A stretch of DNA of 18,195 nucleotides from Octopus sinensis (GCF_006345805.1 NW_021825416.1:1-18195), one strand, 5' to 3'. Positions 1 through 9,476 are shown, counted from the stretch's first letter. Notes: generated by a model not told the origin, from the letters alone. Numbers and translations are program-made.

Positions 1-258
1 CTTTTGAAGTACTTAGGGTCTCTATGGGTCTTAACCCAGCTCTGGTATGACACGGGGTTATAGATACCAGTGTTTCTAAGAAAGGGCTAATCGGGGTGAT
101 AACCCATTGATGGATATTTCTGGATCGTCTTTTATTTAAAGTTACTGGTGACGCGGTCGGCATTTGAGCTCGGTGGATTAGGTTTGCCAAAATTTATCTA
201 AACTGAAATTCGACGGCTAACTCCACCCCCAAAGTTCTTCAGTGTTATGTGTATGTGT

Positions 259-343
259 GTATGGAATACTCAGCCACTTATACGCTAATTTAATGAGGAG
301 GTAATTCATTTGACCGAACAAAGACTTCCTCTTCGAAACCGAC
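259..343 (+). mobile_element. Degraded 3' segment related to SINE family A
   Basis: ATGGAATACTCAGCCACTTATACGCTAATTTAATGAGGAGG...CGAAACCGAC aligns with GTGGAGTGCTCAGCCACTTACACGTTAATTTCACGAGCAGG...CGTAACCGAC in the family A copies. Confidence 0.6.
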
Positions 344-677
344 AAAGAACCATTTATCCAAACTCAGCGCTTCTAAAGAAATCACACATACACATACACA
401 TATATTCACTTGCGCACGTACGCATACATATACACATACCAGAATACACGCACAGCCACAGGTACACGCATTCTTGTACTGATATAGAACTCAATACAAG
501 ATTATGAGGAGTATATGGTCATTTATAAATAATCAAGCTTCCTTAGCGTGGTATAATACACGTGTTTCTGTCCATCCGTATTTTTTATATTAAAAGTATC
601 TTACTTAAAAAATACGGATGCACCGAAACACTTGTACAATTTGAAAGGAATTTAATTATGTATGAATAAATACATCC

Positions 678-752
678 ACATACACAAACACGCACGCACG
701 CCACACACACACCACACACACACACACACACACACCACACACACACACACAC
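678..752. repeat. (CA)n microsatellite
   Basis: Directly visible. Confidence 0.95.
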
Positions 753-901
753 GAACATGCAGAGTAACGGAGAGAAAGTGGGAGGTAGGGAAAGGAGAAG
801 AGAGAGAGAGTGAGGCAAAGTGGGAAATAGGAAAGTGGGGGAGAGAGAGAGTGTGTAAGCAACTGGATAGTGAAAGAAAGGATTTGAAAAACGTTGCTTA
901 C

Positions 902-981
902 TTGTCCCGTTCTTATCGGCTTATTGCACCCGTGTGTTTCCATATACGTCTTCCAATAATACATATTTTCTACCGTCATAC
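902..981 (-). CDS. Possible second coding exon (G)MTVENMYYWKTYMETHGCNKPIRTGQ, product unknown
   Basis: On the minus strand: acceptor TGTCAG|G, an 80-nt stop-free frame and donor CAA|GTAAGC. The phase-1 entry matches the phase-1 exit of exon 7077-6981. The polypyrimidine tract is weak and no homolog is recognised. Confidence 0.25.
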
Positions 982-1150
982 CTGACACTAATTGATTGGC
1001 AAATATACACAGGTATCATTCACAGTCTTTACGTTGCGGTTAGATCTGGTGGGATAGGAATGTTGATCCACTTGCGGCCGAAGAACATGTCCACCTGGTC
1101 GTATATATATATATATCATCCTGTACAGGATAGATTTGTCTTTTATCCTT

Positions 1151-1299
1151 TACTAGTTCCAATCATTGGACTGAGAGGTCAATGTGGGACACAGCTTTGG
1201 AGGGTGTTGCCGTATCGCTAACCCTTAAGTTACGGGGATATAATAAGAATACAACACTAGTTGTCAAGCGGTGGTGAGGAACATATGCAAACACAAATT

Positions 1300-1300
<1 letters not shown>
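1151..1300 (-). mobile_element. Degraded SINE family B 3' fragment
   Basis: TAAGTTACGGGGA...GTTGTCAAGCGGTGGTGAGG followed by (CA)n matches the 13760-13830 part of copy B2. Confidence 0.55.
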
Positions 1301-1350
<50 letters not shown>

Positions 1351-1623
1351 ACACACAAACACACACACACACGCACACAAATATATACACACGCACGCAC
1401 ATGCACGCATACACATACAACACATACACAAATATGTATATCAATATCTATTTATCTATATAGAAATATGTGTGTGTATGTGTGTATATATATATATATA
1501 CATATATAATTATATATATATATATATATATATTATAGTATATTATATATATACACACATATATATATTCTGTTATTTTACTTGTTTCAGTCATTTGACT
1601 GCGGCATATTGGAGCAAACCTGT

Positions 1624-1689
<66 letters not shown>

Positions 1690-1775
1690 CATACACACAC
1701 ACACAGAGGAAACAGAGAGAGAGACAGACAGACATACAGACAGACAGAGAAAGACAGAGAGAGAGAGAGGGCAAC
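1293..1775. repeat. Compound (CA)n/(TA)n/(GA, GACA)n microsatellite block
   Basis: Directly visible; it contains a short SINE B tail at 1575-1617. Confidence 0.9.
1575..1617 (-). mobile_element. SINE family B 3'-terminal fragment
   Basis: TTTTACTTGTTTCAGTCATTTGACTGCGGCATATTGGAGCA matches the family B 3' end at 13636-13675. Confidence 0.75.
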
Positions 1776-1776
1776 A

Positions 1777-2160
1777 GAGCTAGAAAGGAAAATAAACATA
1801 AGTAGGCTTAATGCGTGTATTTATATGGAATACGAAATTCAGATTACAGAATAAAGAAAGGAAAATGAGTTGTGACTTATCTTGATAGCGGTTTCGGAAG
1901 CACCAGCGCTGGCCATTCTTCTCTTAATGAGGGTCACCCGGATTGTTGTAACAAATTCATGGGAATTTGCGTTATTATACACACCTGCACATCTATTACG
2001 TATAAATGTAGTTAGAGCATAAGCTACAGTGCTCTCGAAACAGCTGTCGAGATAAGACTAGTACATAACTCATTTTCCTTTCTTTATTCTGTAATCTGTT
2101 TTTCTATTCCATGTAAATACACGCATTAAGTCTACTTGTGTTTATATTCCTTTCTACCTC
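1777..2160. repeat. Long inverted repeat with ~127/132-bp arms (1777-1903 and 2029-2160); MITE-like or fold-back
   Basis: The arms are reverse complements with scattered mismatches and include a perfect 32-bp core (CAGATTACAGAATAAAGAAAGGAAAATGAGTT / AACTCATTTTCCTTTCTTTATTCTGTAATCTG). The spacer is ~125 bp. Confidence 0.85.
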
Positions 2161-2320
2161 CATAACAACTCGACAAAGTACATTCTTATGCCTATCTTTC
2201 ACGACCGGAAGCACCAGCCCTGAGTGAGGAGGTTGGAGTTTAAGTTCTCATTAATCTGAGCACTATTCTCTGTTATCTATACCTCGCTTACTTTGCGTTT
2301 TCCTACATCCACACACCCAA

Positions 2321-2398
2321 TACATGCATACATACATGCATACATACATACATACATACATACATACATACATACATACATACATACATACATACACA
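2321..2398. repeat. (TACA)n microsatellite
   Basis: Directly visible. Confidence 0.95.
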
Positions 2399-2400
2399 CA

Positions 2401-2615
2401 TGTGTGTGTGTGTATGTTTCGTGCTTGTCCCCATCCCGACAGCTTGACAACTGCTGTTGGATCGCTTACACCCCTGTAACTTAAAAATTCGGCGAAACGA
2501 GAGCGATAGAACAGACTTAAAAATAATTGCTGGAGGCAATTTTTTTCGTCTCAGACCCTCAAAGCGGTGCCCCAGCATGGTCGCTGCTTAATGGATGAAA
2601 CAAGTAAAAGAGAGA
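2401..2615 (+). mobile_element. Diverged SINE family B 3' half
   Basis: (TG)n, GCTTGACAAC, CGATAGAA, GCGGTGCCCCAGCATGG and TGAAACAAGTAAAAGAG occur in the same order as in copy B1. Confidence 0.75.
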
Positions 2616-2787
2616 GATATCATTGTCACACATCATCAGTTCGAAGCATGTATAAGAAATTGTCACAAAGTTTTCCCCTGTTAGGTCTTTAACAAGACGA
2701 GATTTTGTCTTTAGAGTAATTACATTCAAAACTATGGCTGCACTTTTTGTTTGCGCAGAACAAAAACATAGACCAATGTTATCCAAT

Positions 2788-2968
2788 AGGCGTGGGAGTG
2801 GCTGTTTGGTAAATAGCTTGCTTACCAACCACATGGTCCGGGGTTCAGTCCCACTGCGTGGCACCTTGGGCAAGTGTCTTCTGCTATAGCCTCGGGCCGA
2901 CCAAAGCCTTGTGAGTGGATTTGGTAGACGGAAACTCAAAGAAGCCCGTCGTATATATGTATATATAT

Positions 2969-3014
<46 letters not shown>

Positions 3015-3190
3015 TGTTTGTTCCCCTAGCATTGCCTGACAACCGATGCTGGTGTGTTTACATCCCGTCATTTAGCCGTTCGGCAAAAGAGACCGATAGA
3101 ATAAGTCCCGGGGTCGATTTGCTCGACTAAAGGCGGTGCTCCAGCATGGCCGCAGTCAAATGAGTGAAACAAGTAAAAGAGTAAAGAGTA
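2788..3190 (+). mobile_element. SINE family B copy B1 (tRNA-derived, CORE-type), near full length
   Basis: A-box-like TGGCTGTTTGG, B-box-like GGTTCAGTCCC, CORE-like CACCTTGGGCAAGTG, internal (TA)/(TG) microsatellite and an (AGTAAAAG)n tail. It matches copy B2 in the opposite orientation. Confidence 0.9.
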
Positions 3191-3421
3191 ATAGAAGCAA
3201 ATGGTTTTAGGACTAACTTTGACGAACGGCCAGATGTCTTAAATTGCTAGACAGATGTCTTAAATCGTTAGTCACGACAAAACAAATGGAAAGCAAAGTT
3301 GCTTTATTTAGCAATATGAGAAACTCCGATCGGTCATTTCTGACCGAGTGAGAGAGGCACAATATATATATTAACAGCCGCATGCACAATCCGGTACCGG
3401 TTATATAGAATTTTTAATCGA

Positions 3422-3528
3422 TCAAATCGACACCAGTACATTTTTGTATATCTATTTTTGTTTCAAAGCCTGACATTTATTCTATTTGTCTCCTTTGCCG
3501 AACAACATCGGTTGTCAAGCAATGGTAG

Positions 3529-3602
<74 letters not shown>

Positions 3603-3710
3603 ATATATACATAAAGTTTCCGTCTCCTAATTCCACTCAAAAGTCTTTAGTTAGGCCGAAGTCAGCCAAAGATGAGAAGCGGTTGAGAAGCAAGCTTCTT
3701 ACCACACAAC
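3422..3710 (-). mobile_element. Diverged, internally deleted SINE family B copy
   Basis: TTTGCCGAAC..CATCGGTTGTCAAGC, (CA)n, GTTTCCGTCT..TTCCACTCA and AAGCAAGCTTCTTACCACACA match the family B reverse complement. Confidence 0.75.
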
Positions 3711-3782
3711 TATTTATTTTATTTTATTTTTTATTTTATCTAGTTTGAGCTCACGAGCTGTGGCCATGCTGGGGCACCAGCC

Positions 3783-3933
3783 ACATACATACATACATAC
3801 TACATACATAATACATACATACATACATACATACATACTACATACATACATACACACACGCGTAACGCACACGCGCACACACCACACACATATATATATA
3901 TGTATATATATGTGTGAGTATATATATATGTAC

Positions 3934-3973
<40 letters not shown>

Positions 3974-3980
3974 TATATAT
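3783..3980. repeat. (CATA)n/(CA)n/(TA)n microsatellite block
   Basis: Directly visible. Confidence 0.9.
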
Positions 3981-4098
3981 TGGCCTGCTCGCTTAGCGAG
4001 CGGTGTGGCGTCATTTGAAGGCTAAAACAATGCGAAGTGCATTCTGACCAGCGATATGTAGCAACATCTGATAGCCTGGTCGGTCACGGTCACGGTCA
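3981..4098 (+). mobile_element. Probable 3' fragment of another interspersed repeat
   Basis: GC-richer block between (TA)n tracts ending in a short tandem tail (GGTCAC)x2-3, as retroposon 3' ends do. There is only one copy in the window, and I recognise it from memory only. Confidence 0.4.
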
Positions 4099-4119
4099 TA
4101 TATATAATTACAAGTAGCG

Positions 4120-4870
4120 TGAGTGTTGTAAACATTATCGAACACACGTACACAATGTATGTGCTATGCTTGTTTACCGGTCGGCTGCGAACTGACGCAT
4201 AAAAGATGACTCTCTGAAAGTACCGGGTGTTAAAACACCTGAAAGTCAGTTATAGTAGCCATAGGCAAGCGAGACAACTCACCCCAAGTCCCATTCAGGA
4301 GCGATGGACATCGATGTTTCGCCACTTTTGTACATCACATGCCTGAACCTAACCGGAGGCAATTTGTATAACCTGTCCATGACCATATGTTGAGGCGCGG
4401 TCGTAGGATCGCGGTTTCGATTCCCAGACCGGGCGTTGTGAGTGTTTATTGAGCGAAAACACCTAAAGCTCCACGAGGCTCCGGCAGGGGATGGTGGTGA
4501 TCCCTGCTGTACTCTTTCGCCACAACTTTCTCTCACTCTTACTTCCTGTTTCTCTTGTACCTGTATTTCAAAGGGCCGGCCTTGTCACTCACTGGGTCAC
4601 GCTGAATATCTCCGTGAACTACGTTAAGGGTACACGTGTCTGTGGAGTGCTCAGCCACTTACACGTTAATTTCACGAGCAGGCTGTTCCGTTGATTCGGA
4701 TCAACCGGAACCCTCGTCGTCGTAACCGACGGAGTGCTTCCTCTCATGACCATATGTAAAATGGTTTTTACACCATTTGCTGGTATGCCTGAACAATGCG
4801 TATGTAGGAATAAATTCAATATGAACAAGCGCACTAAGAGAGCGGAAACCTCCGCCCCAAGGCACCACCA
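4120..4870 (-). mobile_element. Probable 3' LTR of the Gypsy relic, interrupted by SINE A1; distal boundary uncertain
   Basis: On the minus strand it starts with TG just after the PPT GAGGGGAG (4872-4879), downstream of integrase remnants. There is no second LTR in the window, so the 4120 end is a guess. Confidence 0.4.
4391..4744 (+). mobile_element. SINE family A copy A1, lacking the A box, with a 13-bp TSD
   Basis: Nearly identical to A2 and A3. TSD CATGACCATATGT at 4378-4390 and 4745-4757. Confidence 0.95.
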
Positions 4871-4871
4871 A

Positions 4872-5320
4872 CTCCCCTCAACAATTAGCCGGAGATGATT
4901 TTTAAAAGGAGAATATCTGAAATAAACTTGACTGCTCTCACAAACAAGGATACTAAAAATGAACCCGACCGCTCTCAAAAATTAAGTTAAAAAAACGAAA
5001 AAATAATCCAGAATCCTTGTCTAGTACCTGATCGATCCCAATGGTAATTATGGAATGTGGAGATAGGTGTGCGAGCCGTGTTTGTAATATTGTCTGTGTG
5101 TCATCTGCAGTGGGAACAGGGGCAGTTTTCTCTATGAGAGCATTTTTTAGTCTATCTACATATATAGTGTCTTTACAACCATTAAGTTCTATAGTGAAAA
5201 CTTTATCCGTGCGTGAAAGAAAACGGAAAGGACCTGCATTACGGTGCTGTTAACGGAGGTTTAACATCATCGTTGCTTACAAAAACCTGGGTCCAAGATG
5301 TAAAGCTTCCTTCAAGGCAG
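4872..5320 (-). mobile_element. Decayed Ty3/Gypsy pol 3' end (integrase GPY/F region) plus PPT
   Basis: The minus strand 5298-5139 reads SWTQVFVSNDDVKPPLTAP(Y)/AGPFRFLSRTDKVFTIELNGCKDTIYVDRLKNA with a 1-nt insertion frameshift (CCG TAAT GCA GGT). It is followed by ESGRVHF* at 4976-4953, like the RSGRxVxF motif ending many Gypsy pol ORFs, and a PPT at 4879-4872. Confidence 0.8.
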
Positions 5321-5444
5321 AGCTAGAAATGCAATTGTCAAGTAGGTGAGATGTTTTAAACAGGAGCGGTAAATTCAAAATTGGTAAAACTAAAAATTAT
5401 CGACGATAAATTAAATTTATTATTGTTACTGAATTTGTTAGTGT

Positions 5445-5676
5445 TATTTAATTTCTGCTATATGCACAAGGCCAGAAATTTTGTGAGGTGGTGGAGGTGG
5501 AGTGCAATCGCTTACATTGACCCTAGTGCTTAACTCGTACTTATTTTATTAACCCCGAAAAGATGAAAGGCAAAGCCGACCTCGGCGGAATTTGAACTCA
5601 GAACGCCAAGAATTGGAAGAAATACCCCTAAGCATTATGTCCAGCGGGCAAAAGGTTCCTCCAGCTGGCTACCTTA
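5445..5676 (-). mobile_element. SINE family D copy D1 (tRNA-like head; central block resembles the Deu/Nin domain)
   Basis: The reverse complement carries GAGTTCAAATTCC (B box), GCCTTTCATC..GGGGTT..TAAAATAAGTAC and the tail GGCCTTGTGCATATAG. It matches D2 and D3. Confidence 0.85.
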
Positions 5677-5844
5677 CGGGGTGGGGATGGGGCGACGGGT
5701 TATATTTATTGAAGACATGTTAAGAAGAACGCTTAATATGTAACTCATGCACGCGCGCACATGCACACACATATATGTACATGTGTGAGTTCCTCAGTAA
5801 GTTATCCAACAAAAATTAGTTTACTTAACTTGGAAGTAGACACC

Positions 5845-5874
5845 TGTTGCTGCTGCCGCTGCTGCTGCTACTTT

Positions 5875-5917
<43 letters not shown>

Positions 5918-6047
5918 GCTGCTGTTAATTATTGCAGTTTTTATATTATTTTTAGTTTTAGTCTCTACAGAATTCTTCTCTTCTTCTTCTTCTTCTTCTT
6001 CTTCTCTTCTTCTTCTTCTTCTTCTTCTTCTTCTTCTTCTTCTTCTT
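5845..6047. repeat. (GCT)n/(CTA)n and (CTT)n trinucleotide tracts
   Basis: Directly visible. Confidence 0.95.
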
Positions 6048-6270
6048 CGAGCTGGCAGAGTCGTTAGCACGCCGGCAAGATGCTTAGTGGCATTTCGTCC
6101 ACCTCTACGTTCTGAGTTCAAATTCCAATGAGGTCGAATTTGCCTTTCACACTTTCGGGATCGATAAAATGAGCTCCAGTTGCGTGCTGAGGTTGGTCTA
6201 ACAGATTAGCCTTCTCCAACAAAATGCCAGGCCTTGCAGCTATAATAGAAAAGATTATTATTATTATTAT
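6048..6270 (+). mobile_element. SINE family D copy D2
   Basis: CGAGCTGGCAGAGTCGTTAGCACGCCGG, B box GAGTTCAAATTCC, TTTGCCTTTCAC..TCGATAAAATGAG, and the tail GGCCTTGCAGCTATAATAGAAAAG(ATT)n. Confidence 0.85.
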
Positions 6271-6431
6271 CATTATTATTGTTGTTGTTGTTGTTGTTGT
6301 CGTCGTCGTCATCATCATCATCATCATTGTCATCGTCGTCGTCATCCTCATCGTCATCATCACTACCATCATGATGATGATCATCATCATCATCCATTGG
6401 CTGTTAGCTGTGTTACAAAGCATCAATGAAG

Positions 6432-6462
<31 letters not shown>

Positions 6463-6590
6463 CGACTACGACCACGATGATGACGACGACGACGACGACG
6501 ACACGACGACGACGACGACGACGACGATGATGATGATGACGACGACGACGACGACGACGATGATGATGATGATGATGAAGAAGAAGAAAA
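6254..6590. repeat. Compound trinucleotide block (ATT/GTT/GTC/ATC, then GAA/GAC/GAT)
   Basis: Directly visible. Confidence 0.95.
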
Positions 6591-6718
6591 AGGTAATGCA
6601 TAAAAAAGAAGAAAAAAGTTTTAACAACGACGGGAAAAAATTGGAAAGGAAGAAAGAAAAAAGAAGCTGAAGAAAAAGAAGGAAAATAAATAAGAGAAGT
6701 GAAATGTAACCTGTGTGC

Positions 6719-6741
6719 GGTTAGGGTTAGGGTTAGGGTTA
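6719..6741 (+). repeat. Short interstitial (TTAGGG)3 telomere-like repeat
   Basis: GG-TTAGGG-TTAGGG-TTAGGG-TTA. Confidence 0.8.
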
Positions 6742-6980
6742 ATGTTAGTAAAACTACAAGTGTTTCTCTTGCCAGTTTACAGCCAAAACATGGCTGCCAT
6801 TCTAAAAAATATAAAACGGGAAAAATAACAAAATGTCGGATGAGATTGATTCGTTAGAAAACATTACAAGTTCTGTGTGTACGTGTGAGTTCTTTTACAT
6901 GTGACACTACATAAAAGCTGTGTCAATACAACACCACGGTGGCCTCCCCACTAGTGTTTAGCTGTTTGCTGCTTTCTCAC

Positions 6981-7077
6981 CTTCCGCCCATATATCGTCA
7001 GCGCAGGTGAGAAACATGGCTGCTAGCTTAATCACTACCGACAGTACGATCATCGCCAACAGCGCCGCCCCAGCCAT
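6981..7077 (-). CDS. Candidate first coding exon: signal-peptide-like N-terminus MAGAALLAMIVLSVVIKLAAMFLTCADDIWAE(G)
   Basis: ATG in strong Kozak context (GAGTATGG), 97 nt open, hydrophobic stretch followed by TCA|DD, and a strong donor AAG|GTGAGA in phase 1. It forms a local GC/CpG-rich island. No family is recognised. Confidence 0.5.
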
Positions 7078-7132
7078 ACTCAATTCTGATCGCTTGCTTT
7101 ATTTCTCTTACCCCATTTTTTTATCCCCCGTT

Positions 7133-7181
<49 letters not shown>

Positions 7182-7400
7182 CTCCGTCCTCGTTCTGTAC
7201 ATCGCCCTTTTCTTTCTTGCATTTCTTACTTTGTCTTTCTCTTTCTCTTTTCTCATCTGCATTTCTCCAAACACGCTCTTCTATCTCACTTCCTTTGAGC
7301 GTCTCTCTCTCTCTCTCTCTCTCTTGCTTCAGTTGTCCTCTCCCACTTTCAGAGTTTCCTTGTCTCTCTCCTTCCCTTCATTCTAACTGTCTATCTGTCA

Positions 7401-7438
<38 letters not shown>

Positions 7439-7495
7439 TCCTCTCTCTCCGCCTGTTTTTTTCAATCTCTGTCTTTCCACCTCACTCTTCTCTGC
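7133..7495. repeat. (CT)n-rich polypyrimidine region; (GA)n on the minus strand, upstream of the candidate ATG
   Basis: Directly visible. Confidence 0.9.
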
Positions 7496-7656
7496 TTATT
7501 TGTCGGTCATACATACAGTTGTGCATAAATACAGAAACATGCAACGCACGTGCATACGCATGTCTATGATCGTACATGCCAGTCTGTGTACATACATATT
7601 CACGCATACATACACAAAAATCACTAAAACATAAAACAGCAAATCTCTCTCTCTTG

Positions 7657-7708
<52 letters not shown>

Positions 7709-7919
7709 ATACAATCATACACGCAGGCACATATGTGCACGACTAAATGAAAAAGCATATATAGACACACACGCACACACACACACACTCACTGACTCAC
7801 ACACCCACACCACCCACACACTTGTTTGAACAAACTGCCATTTCTCTAAATTGGGTAACACATCTATATAATGTTGGTGTTGATAGGACAGAAAGTTAAA
7901 CAAAAACCACTGCAAGTAA

Positions 7920-8165
7920 CTTCACCACCATCAACAATAGCAACAACAATACTAGAGCCCACTATCGCTACCGACACCACCACCATCCATCACCACCACC
8001 ACCAACACCACCACCACCAACACCACTACCAACAACACCACCACCAACACCACTACCAACACCACCAACACCAACACCACTACCAACAACACCACCACCA
8101 CCACCACTACCAACAACACCACTAAAGCCACCACCAACACCACCAACAACACCACCAACACCAAC

Positions 8166-8197
<32 letters not shown>

Positions 8198-8459
8198 CAC
8201 CATCAACACACCCACCATCAATATCACCACAACCAACACCACCACCACTACTACTACTACCACCACCAGCATCACCATCACCACAACTACCACCAACACC
8301 AACACCACCACCACCACCATCACCAACAACACCACCACCACCAACACCAACACCACCAATACCACCACCACCAACACCACTACCAACATCGCCATCACAA
8401 CAACTACCATCATCATCACTATTGCTGTTTCTGCTGCTACTACGGCTACTACTACTACA

Positions 8460-8524
<65 letters not shown>

Positions 8525-8625
8525 ATCCACGTCTACTGCTAATATCATTGCGTCTACAACGGTAACAATAGCAACAGCAGCAGCAACAGAAGCAACGACA
8601 GTAGAAACAACAGCAAAAACAATTG
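7920..8625. repeat. Long imperfect (ACC/AAC)n tract grading into (CTA)n and (GCA/ACA)n
   Basis: Directly visible; it explains the poly-His and poly-Val ORF artefacts. Confidence 0.9.
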
Positions 8626-8875
8626 TATTACTACACAACGAAGAGGCCCATATATGGCTGCTCCGACGGCTAAAAATAACAGTCAGTTCTCCCTTGATCC
8701 AAACCCTTCTGTCTTGTGAAAGGAAAACAAAGGCCCAACAGGTGATGGAGTCCTGAATATAATCCTTAAAAGATGGTCTGCTCGATCAGGACTAAGAGTT
8801 AATCAATAACAAAAACAACAACCAGTTTAAAGCTTTGATGTAACTGCACGTTCCGCTAAAAATAGTATGGAGTAA

Positions 8876-9010
8876 TCCACCACTGGCGACGCTTTTAAGT
8901 CTTCTGTATAAGCCTAAACAAGCTTACGCTGGGTATGGGAAAGTGCAGCAAAATCGAGGACTGTCCTGAGTGGCACACATTGTAGCTATGATACTGGCCC
9001 TACCCTTTTT
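8876..9010. mobile_element. Unclassified interspersed repeat 'F', copy 1 (uninterrupted)
   Basis: TCCACCACTGGCGACGCTTTTAAGTCTT...CAAAATCGAGGACTGTCCTGAGTGGCACACATTGTAGCTA aligns with 12496-12907 once the RTE insert is removed. Confidence 0.75.
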
Positions 9011-9154
9011 CTACCCTTTCTAAAAAAACATACTCTGCCGTCTTAAAAACAGAAGAGAACACATTGAATTGTATAACCTTAGGTACACTGTACTCGAAAG
9101 AAAGGATGGATGGGAGAGTTCCGGCTTGACTGCTCTGAGTCAAAGTTTCCGCTA

Positions 9155-9280
9155 AACAACAACAGCTGCAACACCAACAACAGTAGGAGAAGCAACAGCA
9201 ATAACAACGATGACGATGACAACAACAACAACAACAATAACAACAACAACAGCAACAAAAGCAACATCAAAAGCAGCAGC
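9155..9280. repeat. (AAC)n/(GCA)n tract
   Basis: Directly visible. Confidence 0.85.
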
Positions 9281-9476
9281 TGAAGAGATTGTCTGGCAAC
9301 TGTCATAGAATTGTGATGCTAGGAGGAAGTGTTTAATTGAAATGGCAGCCATGTTGGATGACTATAGATAAGAGGGAAGAGAACAGGTTTTGTGGTTCTA
9401 ACCGGGCACCCGGTTTGGTTCAAGTAATATGTCAAGTAGGGATGGTGTACATCAAGCTTAAGAACAACACTTCTGG

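Noticed and set aside
3231-3272. 21-bp tandem duplication (CAGATGTCTTAAAT x2)
   Set aside because: It is an ordinary local duplication with two units only and is not a CRISPR-like array.
4283-4348. Exon-like segment (FRHVMYKSGETSMSIAPEWDLG) with donor GG|GTGAGT on the minus strand
   Set aside because: It is open only in phase 2, which is incompatible with a direct join to the phase-1 first exon. The acceptor is weak, it lies in the presumed LTR, and the resemblance of EWDL to SLC22 motifs is too short to count.
7007-7528. 173-aa plus-strand ORF
   Set aside because: It is antisense to the better-supported signal-peptide exon and runs into (CT)n.
7952-8638. 228-aa poly-Val ORF, or a mucin-like Thr/Pro reading on the other strand
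   Set aside because: It is an imperfect (ACC/AAC)n tract with no convincing start, splice sites or non-repetitive domain.
9400-9415. Near-perfect palindrome AACCGGG-CA-CCCGGTT
   Set aside because: It is short, isolated and compatible with chance; no function can be supported.
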